A stretch of DNA of 64,000 nucleotides from Macrostomum hystrix (lineage: Eukaryota > Animalia > Platyhelminthes), in contig CATNEN010000038.1 in the NCBI GenBank assembly GCA_950097015.1, forward strand, positions 29,884,001 to 29,948,000, given 5' to 3'. Made by a program: the position numbers and the translations under genes. The notes under the pieces are model-generated. The model was not told the origin of the DNA. It saw nothing but the letters and a program-made list of their open reading frames with translations, and made no database searches. How positions within the stretch are numbered: position 1 is the first letter of the stretch; each line of letters starts with the position of its first letter. This document shows positions 35,801 to 48,295 of this stretch, piece by piece.

Positions 35801-37867
35801 TTCGGCGGCCTTTTTCTTGGTGGCCTTTTTAGCATCGCTGTCGCTGTCGTTGCTGGAGGCTGCTGCCGCTTTTGATGTTTTCCTGCGCTTGCCAATTCGA
35901 CCACCGCCGCCACCACCGGCGGCACGACGGCCTTTGCTAGCACGACCATCGCTATCGTCGTCGGAGTCGTCTAACAAAACGACCCGCTTTCCACGTTGCT
36001 GCTCTTTCTGCTTCGGCTTCCCGTTGCCTTTCTTGTCCACTTTCTTTGTTGAATCTTCACTGTCGGACATGCGGAAGTCGGATACGGCTGAGTTCACCGA
36101 TGCCTCCTCCGATGATTCATTATCCTTGTCAGCTTCGTCAGAAAAATCCGAAGAATCAAAAACTGCGTTCTTGCCTTTCCTCTTCTTCTTCTCTGCTTCC
36201 CGACGCTTCCGTCTTAATTTCTGTTGTGAAGCACGCTGCTCCTCTTCGAGCTGGTCAATTTCATCGTCCGAAGATGTAAAAAGGCTAAGCTTCTCCGATG
36301 AGGCTTCACTTTCATTTTCGTTATCCTCATCAGATGACGACACTTGACGTCGACCGCGTTTAGAATGGCGTTTTTCGCCGTCGTCGCTGTCTGACTTATG
36401 CGTCTTCTTTCGTTTTTTGTCGTCTTTCGAACCGTTGCTTGTACGATGATTTTTCTTTTTCGCTGTCTTTTTTTTGTCAGAATCAGAAGCATCCGAATCA
36501 TTAGAAACGGAGTTCTTGGCCTTCCGTTGGCGAGTTCCTTTTTTAGTGTCAACAAAGTCGTCGTCAGAATTTTCTGAATCTTTGCCATTTTTCGCATGTT
36601 TCTTTCTCTCTGCAGTCTTCGACTTAGCCTGTCTGGGCTTGCTTCGCCGACGCCCGCTAGACAAGCTGTCATCGCTGTCGTAATCATTAGCTTTCTTAGC
36701 AGGCTTAGCAGGCGATGCTTTCTCCTTGCTACGTCTAGACTTTTTACGACGAGCATTGTCCGAGGAGCTGCCGACGTCGCTAAAGTCGCTTTCTTCACCT
36801 TTCGCATTCGCTTTAGCCTTAGTCTTGACGACTCTGGGCTTACTTCGTCTACGGTTGTCTTCCGGTCCGTCCCCGTCATCGTCGCTTTCAGGCACCTCTA
36901 CGGGAGCAGAAGCATTGTTACGTGGCCGAAGACGTCCAGATTCTAAGCTGGAAGCGGCAGCCGCAACAAAAGGAGCAGGGGTTTTATCAAACACAGGCGA
37001 AACTCCTGCGTCACTTTCGTCAACTTCATCAGGTTCATCGGGCGGCACATCCGCCAATGCTATGTCATCATCTACTTCAGCTTGTACTTCCGAGTCTGAA
37101 CTTATTAACACGGCTCCATTAGCGCTCTCGACATTGTCTTCAGTATGGTCTTCAGTACAATCATCGACAGTCTCGGAAACACGATTTAATCCACCGCCAA
37201 CCCTGGGCGTCTCTTTCATGCGACGCCGAGGTTTGGTCTGCGCCGGCTCGGGCTTCAACACCGGAGCCAACTGGGACTCAACAGACTCCCCTGAATCATC
37301 TGATTCAACTGTGCCATCAATGATCGAACCGGAACTATTAGCGCCAGCTTTAACACCTTCGATCACGCGATCGGCTAGCTCGAGTTCGCGCTCGATATCG
37401 CTTAACTGAGGCGACGTTTGACAGTTCCAATCATCGACTGCCTCGTTTTCTTCGTTAGGATTTTCCTGACCTTCCAGATTGCTTACGCTATTGTCATTAC
37501 TATGACGTGTAGCTTCGTCATCATTGTTAGCGTCGTCGGCGTCATCAAAGTCTTTAGGCATCTCGGAGGGCCGCATGCGCTTCCCTGTTGGACGCATCTT
37601 TCCACTTCGCTGCTGCCGTTTGACCTGTGGAGCTTTGTCTGCTTCCATTTCATTGTCAGTAGCGTCAGACAATTGCTGCACATCGGAGTTGTCATCTACT
37701 GCAGAAGAATTACCATCCTCACTAGCCGACGAACCTGGTGGAGGCCGTTTGACGGAACTGCGTTGCAGATAGCTCGCATACGGAATGGCCGCCTCTGCTA
37801 TGTCTTTGTCAGCCCGACTGATCACCACAGTTGGGTAGCAGAAGTCGCCCAGCTTCCAGTCGAAATC
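29857..37867 (-). CDS. ATRX: ATRX/XNP-like SNF2 chromatin remodeller (at least 1662 aa)
   Basis: Exons 37867-35042, 34927-34517, 33851-33101, 31749-31414, 30521-29857 sum to 4989 nt in frame. Motifs KLKPHQ, AHCMGLGKT, DPGPDVVVCDEGH, LTGTPLQNNL, WTHP, ISTKAGGLGVNL, SWNPSHDIQSIFRTYRFGQ, HDSLL; polyQ C-terminus. True start unresolved. Confidence 0.93.
30645..31395. repeat. 20-bp intronic minisatellite (ACAGAAAGGTAGGCAGCTGA and variants)
   Basis: Fills the last ATRX intron. Confidence 0.95.
31890..32752. repeat. 18-bp pyrimidine-rich intronic minisatellite (CTCATCTCACCTCCCTTT)n
   Basis: In ATRX intron 3. Confidence 0.95.
32757..33030 (+). mobile_element. tRNA-derived SINE family B with a conserved central domain (Deu/Nin/Meta-type)
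   Basis: TAGCCTAAGTAG...GTTCGATTCCC head; GTTCACCCAG..TAAATGGGCACC core; shares its 3' part with 38674-38850. Confidence 0.7.
33887..34450. repeat. 30-bp intronic minisatellite (ATGGAACGACTTGAGCACACAATGACTCTA)n
   Basis: Fills ATRX intron 2. Confidence 0.95.
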
Positions 37868-38673
37868 CTGAAAAAAAATTGTTTTTGTTTTCTTTAAATT
37901 AGCTCTCGATGAATAAAGTACTAAAAATTAAAATTCTTGCTCGACTAAAATTTGTACAGATTAAATAGATAAAATAATAATAAGAAAACGCCTGAAGCTA
38001 TGTACACCGAACACTGCTTAAAAACTTAGCATAGAATTTAATTATAATTTTATCGTTTTTTAAATATATATTAAAAGTTACGAAAGAAAGTCTAACATTA
38101 TATTTCTCTGATACTAGCACATGTGTTTGTTCTTTGTTCATTACAATATTGGCTTGTCTATTTAAGTAATTTATGCATGAAAATTCTAATAAAATGAAAT
38201 ATATATCGAGTCACGATTCGCGATTGAATTGATTCGCAATTCAGAAAGAGAAAACCTAAAAAAACTTAACCTTCAAACAAGCAGTTGTTTGAATTCAAAA
38301 ACATCTTAAAACAAGCATTTGTCCGCGAGTATAATTTAAAAACAATCTTGGCCCTATTTTTACTTTCTTGACACCTCAAAAATAGCAACAATTATTTAAA
38401 TAACCAAAAAATGGTCAATTTACTGTTGGGCTTGAAATTTTCAACTAATTAGCACAAATATTAGGCTCAAAACCTAGGCGAATAGACAGTCTACCATGCG
38501 AAACTTGTAACAGACATGTCTACGTGCAAATATGCATGTGTTTTACGATAAAGCAGAGAGGCACAATCTCTTCACTGGTTAAGGTTACTCAACCACCTAC
38601 AGGCAATACAAACCGCCCACTTATCGTATCATTAACAATGGTTTTTGAAACAACTGTGAAATAATAGACTTAG

Positions 38674-38850
38674 AGGGTTCATAGCCTAGTGGATAGAGCA
38701 TCGGACTCACGACTTGAAGGTTTGGGGTTCGATTTCCGACTCTACTGGAATTTCTGTTCTTCAACAAGACACTTAAATCTGCATTGTTTCAGTTCACCCA
38801 GCTGCTAAAGCGATAGCTACGACTGTCCTGTCGGCTGCACATCTGGCCCA
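38674..38850 (+). mobile_element. SINE family B, internally deleted copy
   Basis: TAGCCTAGTGG A-box, GGTTCGATTTCC B-box, GTTCACCCAG, then GATAGCTACGACTGTCCTGTCGGCTGCA as in the 32757 copy. Confidence 0.7.
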
Positions 38851-38903
38851 ATCTTTTATATAGAGATCAAAAGTAAATCAGCAAAAAATCTGAATTTTCT
38901 TAA

Positions 38904-39817
38904 TCAATAACGGAATTTGTAAAGCTGCAATAAGACCGGATACGAACTATAGTAAAAAATGTTGCTTATTTCTTCTGTGTTGCAGAAAATCAGACTGGCG
39001 CGGTGGTGCGAATCAAAAACTGCATATTGACCTGTCTTCGAGTCGCGCAAAATGCAATTTGCTCTTCGGGATGCCACGTGACAGAAGATCATGCCATCCG
39101 CCGACTCGATGTACTGTTTGTATTTTATAAAGTCGGATAAATCTTTCAAATAATAGCACAGATGGAAAGACGGCCAAGGAAGATCTTTAACAAAATGGAC
39201 GCCGTTTCTTAAACTGAAATAGTCCAATTCTTTGCCAACATCAAGACCATGCTTGGAACAGCAGTGATGGTAGAACTTATCACCTGATAGCAGAACTGCA
39301 TCCAGGTCTTCAGGTTTCTGGAAGTGAGACAAAGTTTCACCACGAATGTTGAGTTTGTGGTGCACCAAGGCTGCAAAAGCGCACATTGCAAGACACTGAA
39401 CTCCAGCTGAGCTGTTTAAAACGTTGATCACACTGTGAAAAGCTGGCATACAATGCTTTAGGCAAAATAGCGTCTATATTCAGACGAATCACACCATAGG
39501 GGCTTTCATTTTTATGGCCTTCTCTGAGCTGTTCTTTTGTCAGTTCCAGAACTTTTGCCAATAATGTCGCGTAAAGTTTGGAACGAATTGGCGGATTTTG
39601 TAAACCGATGAAATCAAGTAATTGTGATATGATAAATCCTAGGAAATTCAGCAGAAAGCATTTCTAGTCTTCGGACGAAACAGCAAATTTTTTTATATAG
39701 CACAGACATATAGTCTAATAGTTGGCGAAATTCTTCATTTTCTTTGGAAGTTTCAAATCGATAGATTAATTGGTCAATACCGAGGATATTATCCTCAAAT
39801 CCAGACAAAATATCCAT
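38904..39817 (-). pseudogene. herpes-tegument-like (C76/VTD) deubiquitinase paralogue B, interrupted by two +1 frameshifts
   Basis: Three ORF pieces (39817-39614, 39561-39337, 39449-38904) join to ...ALYASFSQCDQRF/NSSAGVQCLAM...LDAVLLSGDKFY...YAVFDSH. Confidence 0.7.
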
Positions 39818-40780
39818 CGAGCTGGAAAGGTGATTTAAAAATAAGTTGCAATCAAGTGATCAACTTCAAAATGTAACATTTGCATAGATGAAGACTGTCA
39901 GTGGGGTGGCAATTACTGATCGAATAATCGAATATATCGAATTATAATCGAATTACTGATAGCTTAAGTTCAGATAAAATTTTATGACTAATAATTTTAT
40001 TATTAAGCTTTCGGTTCGATTCTAAAAACATGAAAGTAACTAGGAGTGTTGAAAAGTAAAACAAAAACTAGTAGAATGGGATCCATTCATCTGTTTTGAA
40101 ACAATACATCGAGCCACAAATATATATTTTAAGTTGGTGTGAAATGTAGTTCTATTACCACAGCAGAGGGTCTGATGTTGAAAAACGATATCAGACCCTT
40201 AACAAGGCACTTGGATATATAAACTGATAAAGGAGAGATTAAAAACTGAATATTGAATGTCACTAGCGCGAATAAAGTTATCGTGACTAACTCCGTAAAA
40301 CAGGTGAAAAACTGTTTCTAGTCATTAATCCAACCGACAGTTGTCATCGACAAAGACTCGTCAAAGAGAAAACAGCTTGTTTAATTTCGAAAGTGTATTG
40401 AAAAAAGTATGTAAGATAGAATATCAACGAATTATCAATATCTCTTAGATAGTTATATGCGATGAGTATAAAGCTTGCTCTAAATTGAAAAATATAGAAT
40501 GGAAAAGGTGGGAAATCGAAAACAAAATGGCCATGAGTGATAAACAGAAAATAATTACAGATGAAATAAACAGAAGTTTTATAGATATATTTTAAAGTAG
40601 ATTAAAATCATGACATTATTCCAGCAATGGCAATGCTTATATATATATATATATATATATATACAAAAACAGAAATATTGTGATCACAAGACGATGAAGT
40701 ATGATAAAATATTGATAAAATGGATAGCTCTTAAAGTTGGAATTCATGATATTTTCTGGTGTTTAAACAGCCTATATGAT

Positions 40781-42560
40781 TTACTGACGGCACTTATACA
40801 TGTGGATTTCGCAAAGATTAAATTCGCCAAACAAAAACCGCAAGCTCATGACCAATTCATCCAGTCCATTGACTCGCTGCATATAGGCTGGATGATTAAG
40901 TCTGTTTAGATTAGCCACAATGCCATCAGTTGACTGCCGAATCTCAGGAAATCTTTCCGAGCCATGCGAATCGAACAGGTATAGTTGAGTGGGATGGTCT
41001 CTATCGCGCATGACGGCAACAGCCTTATTATTCATAATCATCAAGAAGCCATCGTAGCCATAGTTAAAGCCTTCGTCAACATCTAGGGCAAATCTGTGCC
41101 AGCTATCTGGGCCGAGTTCGCGGCTAAACTGTGGCCAGCCCTGGCGATCAAACTCTTCCATTCCAGCCTCCAATTCGTCGAAGTTCAGGTATCGATATTG
41201 CTGCCATCTGTTCACTTTAACACAAACATTATAGAGGTCATTTCCAGCGTGAAGAATGGCGTCCAGCGTTGTTCTACTTAAATTAATCAGCGAGCCAAGC
41301 ATAAGATCGTGAAATCGAATTGCCATAGCTGACATGGCAACACACTGCATTCCAGCTGTGTCACCAAAATTCTGATGCGACTGAGACCGACTAGCCAATA
41401 GTGCCTGACCAGGTGTTGTCAAATCTGGGTCCGATTCCTCTACACTGCTAGTCCAATGTGGCCATTCAGCAAAGTGTATATAATCAATCGTTTCGGCAAA
41501 CGGACACGCATCTGGGAGTGTATAGGCTGCCGACTGTCGACGTGTGGAGCAGAGCAAACTGGCAATGGCTTGGGAGATTAGTTTCAGCAATATCTCGGAG
41601 AAGTCATCGCGCTCCAAGCTACGAACATGCCTCTGGAAGCCTAGAAGGAATTGCATTGTGCTTCGGCGATAGCGCACACTGTGATGACGTTCCTGGACTA
41701 ACGGGTGGCAAAAAGCGCTAATTCTGGCACGATTCAGCTGCTGGCCATTCCAAGCCGTGTTGGGATTGGTCAAAAAGGCAATTAGTTGGTCCTGAACAAA
41801 TCGATGAAACTCGTGTCCACATAGGCATGAGTCAACAAGTTTAATTTGCTCTTGGTACCAGTTTTCATTAACATTACTGATGAAATGGCGCACAAGACGG
41901 CGAATCAGATCCAAAGGAGCATTGCTAATGGCAACCGAGGAAGCCTCATTGTCTCCTGCTATCTCCAGTGAGCATACACGATTCTGAGTACTGCTCATCT
42001 GCCCTTGGATTTCGTTGCTAGAGTTACTGTCGGCCACTAAAAACTCAGCATTACGATGAAATTGAAAACTTTGCAAGGCGTTAAAGAGCGCAGTCACAAT
42101 ACCAATAGAGGCTAAGCAGCCTAGAAGCATTAGTTGGTGATTGGACAAATTGCATTCTTGTCTAGATGTCAGCAAGAGGTACACCTGAAAGAAAAAGTTA
42201 GGCTATAACTATGTTCACAAAACCACTATTAAAAAATATCGAGTTTTACAACCGACACTTCCATTCAGAAATGACCATTCAAGCTCATTTCCTATGAGAA
42301 ATTAACCAATTATTTATTGACTATAATTAATTATATAATAATTAACCAATTAAGCACACTTGGTTATCAACTCATAAATCTAAAATCTAAAAACATTTTC
42401 ATTTATAAAGGATATGATAGATAAAAATAAAACAGCAATTGTTAAAAACACATACAAAAATGTGCTGAGACAATGGAATAAGCGAATCCATTAGTTGGTT
42501 AGCAGTCTCATTGCTTTCATGTGAGTTATCTTCATCCATTTCATTGTTATTGGACTCCAT
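40781..42560 (-). CDS. protein with a C-terminal herpes-tegument-like (peptidase C76/VTD) deubiquitinase domain, ~502 aa (paralogue A)
   Basis: Predicted exons 42560-42456 (MESNNNE...QHIF|GTATGT) and 42184-40781 (TTTCAG|VYLL, phase 0); ASRSQSHQNFGDTAGMQCVAMS, LDAILHAGNDLY, GFLMIMNNKAVAV, YLFDSH. Confidence 0.8.
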
Positions 42561-45293
42561 AGCTGGAAATCATTTTTTTAGATTAGTTCCTAGATGTAGA
42601 GTGCAACTTATGCTTAAAGGTTAAAATTATGTTATACATAAAATTTAGCCACAAGCAGCAATTACAGTTACAAATTTTGAGATTTTTATAGATAAACTAG
42701 TGTCTTATAATAAGATGGATCCAACTCTATTTTGATGCAAAAAATACAAAATGTAGCAAGTAGCCGACATACTGGATTTAAAGCAGACAGTAACATTTTA
42801 GTGGCTACATTAAAACTTTCATAAATAAAATAAAACTGAACTTATCTTTATCATAAAATCATAAAACTGAAGATCACAGAAGTAAATGGCTTATATCCTT
42901 ATTTATAACCCAACCTTATAACAGTATAACCTAGCTAGCTATGGTTATAATTTTCAAAAATTTCTATTTGCAACCATTTTAACTTACTTTTGAAAATAAA
43001 TAACTAAACAAATTGACAAGGATTGTCTAAACTTGCATCACAAGAATCACAAGAAGGGCATATTCTTATCAGATTCTTACAGAACTTCACTTGTTGGACC
43101 TAACACCTAACTGTATCAAAATTTAATAGGCTAATTAAAAATCAAAATAAGTTTAGCTACGTAAAGAGATTGAAATCTATTTCATAGAAATTAATGTATA
43201 ATTCAGGATATTGTTAAATTACTCTTTGATAAAGTTAGATAGTTAAGGATAGAGTCTGATAGTCTTGGATAGGCCTAGTTTGATAGTCTTGGATAGAGCT
43301 TAATAGTCTATCCAAGACTGCATTTGTACCATACATGTGCAACACCTGGCCGACCCGGCCGGGTGAAACGAGGGCCAAGCAAGGTAAGTGGCAAAAACCA
43401 ATCAAACAAGCGCAAAAAATCAAAGGGGGGACCAAGAGACAAAAAAGGAAGGCGTGAAGAATAGGAAAAAGGGAAGAGAAAAAGAGCAAATAAGAGTAAA
43501 CTAAGTCGTAAATAGAGCAATGAAACAAACTAAGACGTAAATAGAGCAAAAACTAAGTCGCACGGCCAGGTAAGATTTGGGAGGTTGCGCATGTATGATT
43601 TGTATTAGTCATAGTCAAAGTAAAAAAGTCCTTTCTCTTTAATAAGTTTCATGCTGATGTCTATGCCATAAACAAATTATATTCTATATAGTTTTGTTCT
43701 ATTAGGCTTAGGACTTCATCAAAATAATATTAAGTCAAGCTATATGGAGCAGAGATGTAAACTCTTTAATATTATCAAATTACATCAGAATTTTTAGCTC
43801 TTTGGATTTATATGTTATGAGAATTGGTATATAAAAACTATTAATTTTTATAACTGAGACCAAAAGTTGCTTTAGTTTCCAAATTGCAACACTATGCAAT
43901 ATGTTAAGAAGGGTTTTTGTATTACATTGTTTTATGCCATGGTTTCCGAGATTTTTGCTGGCAATTTGTGTAGTTGGGTAAAACTAATTGGGCATAAAAG
44001 GGCACATTATACTAGGCTTTTCTGCATTTATTTATTTATGATATCTAATGTTATATATTATCTGTTAAAAAATCATTACAGTCCTCTGGTTCTTTGTTGA
44101 AAGAAAGATACCATTAATAGCAACAATTTTACTATGCTTTTAACTACAGAAAATGTCATATTGTGAGTAAATATAGATAGTGTTATAGGCATATTTTCTT
44201 ATTTCTTACTAAACTCAAAATTCCAATAATACCACTCCCACCGCTTGTACCAAAGTTGTGCTAGGGCTTCTTTTATAATATTCAAATCCCACTGAATGTC
44301 ACTAAAGTTTTTGTAGGGCTAATTTAATCCTACTGCTGTTACCAAAGTTGTTCTAGGCCTCTTTTCCTATACACTTTATTCAATTACTGTCTTCATGTCA
44401 ATTTTATTATTGTCTTTACTTTATTCGCTTTATGTACTTTCTTAATTCAAACTGGTAGCGTTTGTGTCTTATTTGGTAGTGTTATAATATGGCCAACTTC
44501 TATATTACTATTCTATTCCTATAAGTACTTTATATCAATCTTTATCCGTCTTTATTAATCTTTATTTGTCTTTAATTCAATCTTCAGTTCAATCTTCAGT
44601 CTGTCCTTGGGCTTTACCAATGGATCTAGATTTACAGCTTTTCTTCACTCTATTTACTTCACTTTTGCAATGTCTCTTTCTCAAATAACTTCAATATGAA
44701 CACTTCAGGATACAAGCTTTCTTCAATTTGAACTCCTTCTCGAACGACAGCGGGTTAATTCTTCTCTTTTTGCTGGTGTGTATATTTATACTAAATCTCC
44801 TCCTCCTCACCTCTGCGACTTTATAAAAACATTTTATTTTTGGTGCGATTTAACAAATTGGTGCATTTAAACAAAAGTTTCCTAGAATAAAACAAAATTT
44901 GCATGGGAAATGATTTCTAAGAAAACAGGACCTTATCTCAATAGGGAATATTATTGATTTACTAAACTGAGTGGGACACTGAATCTAATTTAATGCAACA
45001 TTGAAACAAAAACATAAGTTTGGTATTTAGCTTCCTTTCTTTTTGAAACTTTTCAAAAGTGAACAAATTGTAAACCAAAAACCAAAATTTAAATCAAAGG
45101 TACTTGTATAAATTCTGAATCAATTTTTAATGCCTATTCTTAAAATCAAAAAGCAAAAGTCAAAATCTGAATACTAGTAAAGAGATTCAAACTAGCCAAA
45201 CAGTTTACAAACTAGCCAAACAAACTACCAGTTTAAACCTCTAACAGGGTTAAAACATGCTCTGCTACAAATACAAAATTTAAAGTCACTTAA

Positions 45294-46053
45294 GGGTGAA
45301 TTGAGTCTTACCAGTGTGCTAAGATACTGACTTTATATCGACTATGGCCAACAGAGATCTGACTCTAAGATAACAATGACCTTGGATGCTCTTAAAGTGC
45401 TATCAATTCATCTACCTTAGAGGGCTGCTGCTGGACTTTAGTAACATGGCAGTGCAAAGCCAGGACTGCCTTATAATCTGTTTGGGCAGTACCACTCTCT
45501 AAGCCCCTCTTGGACAGTTGCTATGTCCTAGCTGTTCCAAGAGGCTGCCAAGATCACCCTGTTGTACAATGCTAAGCATACATGTGCTTCCAGAATCTCA
45601 GCCAGCCATGTGACTTATTTTGAACCAAAAATGCTACATACATTGCAGTAGATAAGTAAGATAGGATTTAATACACTTTTTATTACAAATGCTAAGATTT
45701 GTGGTACTTGGTGATAGGGTTTACTTAGAAAAAAGAAATGTGAAACATTAAAATAAAACAAAATTGCAAATCACAATTCTGACCCACTTTCTAATAGTTT
45801 ACCAGCAACTTGAACTGATTTGATTTAGAACAGAAGTAGATTTGAATGTTTTGATAGAGTATAAAAGAATTCATCTTGTAAAAAGGCAAGGGTTTTTGTG
45901 CTGCAAGATTATTTTAAAGCTGCTTTTAGATTTAAGAAAGTATTCAGCATTTTGAGAGCATCCAAAGTTGTTGTTATCTTAGAGTCAGATCTCTGTTGGC
46001 CATAGTCAATATAAAGTCAGTATCTTAGCACACTGGTGAGACTCAATTCACCC
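45294..46053. mobile_element. MITE with ~110-bp terminal inverted repeats (Kolobok-like)
   Basis: Arms 45292-45401 and 45946-46055 are near-perfect inverted copies; GGGTG...CACCC termini flanked by TTAA and TTGA. Confidence 0.75.
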
Positions 46054-48295
46054 TTGAGTCTCACCAGAGACGGGAATATAAAAATTAAACCAAAATAGGG
46101 TAATGTATCATCAACTGAACAGTGTATCTTCAAAACCGAACAAGAATTTTGACTCCTTCCTTGGTCTTGTGCAAGACAGAAACAAGCTATTGTATTTCAC
46201 AGAACAACTATTTTGAATGTCAATGAAATTATTTACAAGCTAAGGCATGACATGCAATGAAGCATTAAAATGAAAGAAAGATATGGATGTTTCAGTAGAA
46301 ATTTTTATCCCAAAAATGCACACATGTTGTAATTACATTTTTTACTTATGTATTGGCAAAAGCATTTTAAATCATCACTCACATCATATACTCTATAAAT
46401 ATTAAGTCGAAAGCAGTTTTCCGGTGCCTAACTGTCTTAAATATTTTATTTTTTTATAGACCATTGCTCAGATGATGTTGCTTAGATGACACAAACTGGT
46501 GTATTGTCAACTTTTTAGTTGAATCCAAATATATTTCATAGTCAAATCAAATGTCATTTTAATCAAAATTTATTCTCAATTAAGAATAAAATTCGACTTC
46601 TTTCTTTAGTTTGACTGTGTAATAAAAAATTTAATTTTTCCTGCGTCGCTCAGATGACAAAAACTGTACACGAAAAAACGTAAAAATGTCTGAGGTTGTG
46701 AAAAACTATATTCCTCAATGAGTCACAGGGTGAGACCAGCATTCTAATAGACTATACAGCATGACAATTATTTAAGCCAATGCCTTTGTTTAATACACTT
46801 TCCATAGCTTAAATATCTGACTTCAATTTATGCAAGTCTAGCGTCGCTCAGATGACACATATTTTGTAGGACATGCTAGGAACCTTTAAAATTCCGTCAA
46901 AACTGTTTAGAAACTAGAAATAACGGTTGTGCAATCAGGTATAATGGATGAGTGGCTGAATAAAACATAGAAGCAATAAGAAATGAACATATAGTACAGG
47001 TTTTTATAGACAGGGAACTAGGCTACCATATTTTTTGACATGGAGTTTTACATTGTTTACAGTATTTTTCGAATTAAAAACTGGAATAAATAGGTCTAAA
47101 GTAAAACAAATTATACTAAATTAAACAAAATAACATAACAGAACATAATATCACAATTTCATAAGCTTAGTTGTGAGTTATTTGATTAAAAAATTATATA
47201 TGACACTTTTCTGAACAAGTGTGTAACACTGTTGGGAAATACCCATGTACTTTAGACTAAGATTGTATGTGGTTGCTTTCCAATTAAATTACCATAAATG
47301 TAGTTATTTATAGAGCATGAAAAATGCTTTCAAATTACATAATTCATTATAGATCACTCCTTAAAATAAGATTAAACCAGTCACTCAAATTTTAAAACCA
47401 AACATCAAATTCTCTGTTTGGTTTGAAGATACATGAAAATCATAGTATGGTTTTAGATGAAAAACATGAATAATTTTTTTCTATTTGACAAAATTGCTAA
47501 AGCAGATACTATTTAAAAAGACAAAACAGTTTTTTATAACTTGTCTTTTGATTTATAATGATATCTTAAATAGAAAATCTGTAGCTTAAAGGTTTGAAGT
47601 TAAAAATATGCATATTCTTGTTCGGTTGATGATACATAACCCTAAGAAGATAAATTGAGTTTAAATAAACAAAAAACGAACAGCAAAATGTTGTTATGAT
47701 CTTTGCTGACATGACTACAATAATATAAATGGTAGGCATAGCTAAGCCTAGCCATAGGTTTAAAGATCATTTGTGTGCTTTAGGTAGATTATACGGGTAT
47801 AACTAGTGAACCTTTATATCATTATCATGTGCGCAAAAAGTTACAAGGAAACTGCTTTTATTTTTACTCATTTGTTATTTCAACAAACGAAATGTTTTAT
47901 CGTGTACTACAACCCAATAAAAAATAATCACACTAAAAAAGTGAAAATAAATCAATTTCAACTTCAATTGAGTTTTAAAAAACAAGCAATCATTTTAACA
48001 ACTAGAAAGCAGCAGACAGTCAGCTCGGAGCCAAAAAGTTTTAAAGTTTTAGACAATGTATTTAATTTTTTTCAAAATATGTTTATCGCTTGTTTTTGCA
48101 TACAAATCCTTGATAAAAATAACAAGCGTATTTTGCGATTGTAACTACATTTTTAGTTCTAACTTTTGGAATATAGACTTAATTTCAGTATATTTGAATA
48201 AATAGAAACAGAACTCCTGTAACTTTATATATAAATTCTCTGAGTGTATTTGTTCTTTGAAATCAAATCTTTTGTTTAAGCAATTTTTAATTGCC

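Noticed and set aside
17806-37897. Plus-strand ORFs antisense to CYP and ATRX exons
   Set aside because: Shadow ORFs of GC-rich coding exons with no independent signal
39414-39422. TTTAAAC slippery heptamer at the VTD-B frameshift
   Set aside because: That motif drives -1 shifts from the U_UUA_AAC frame; the shift required here is +1
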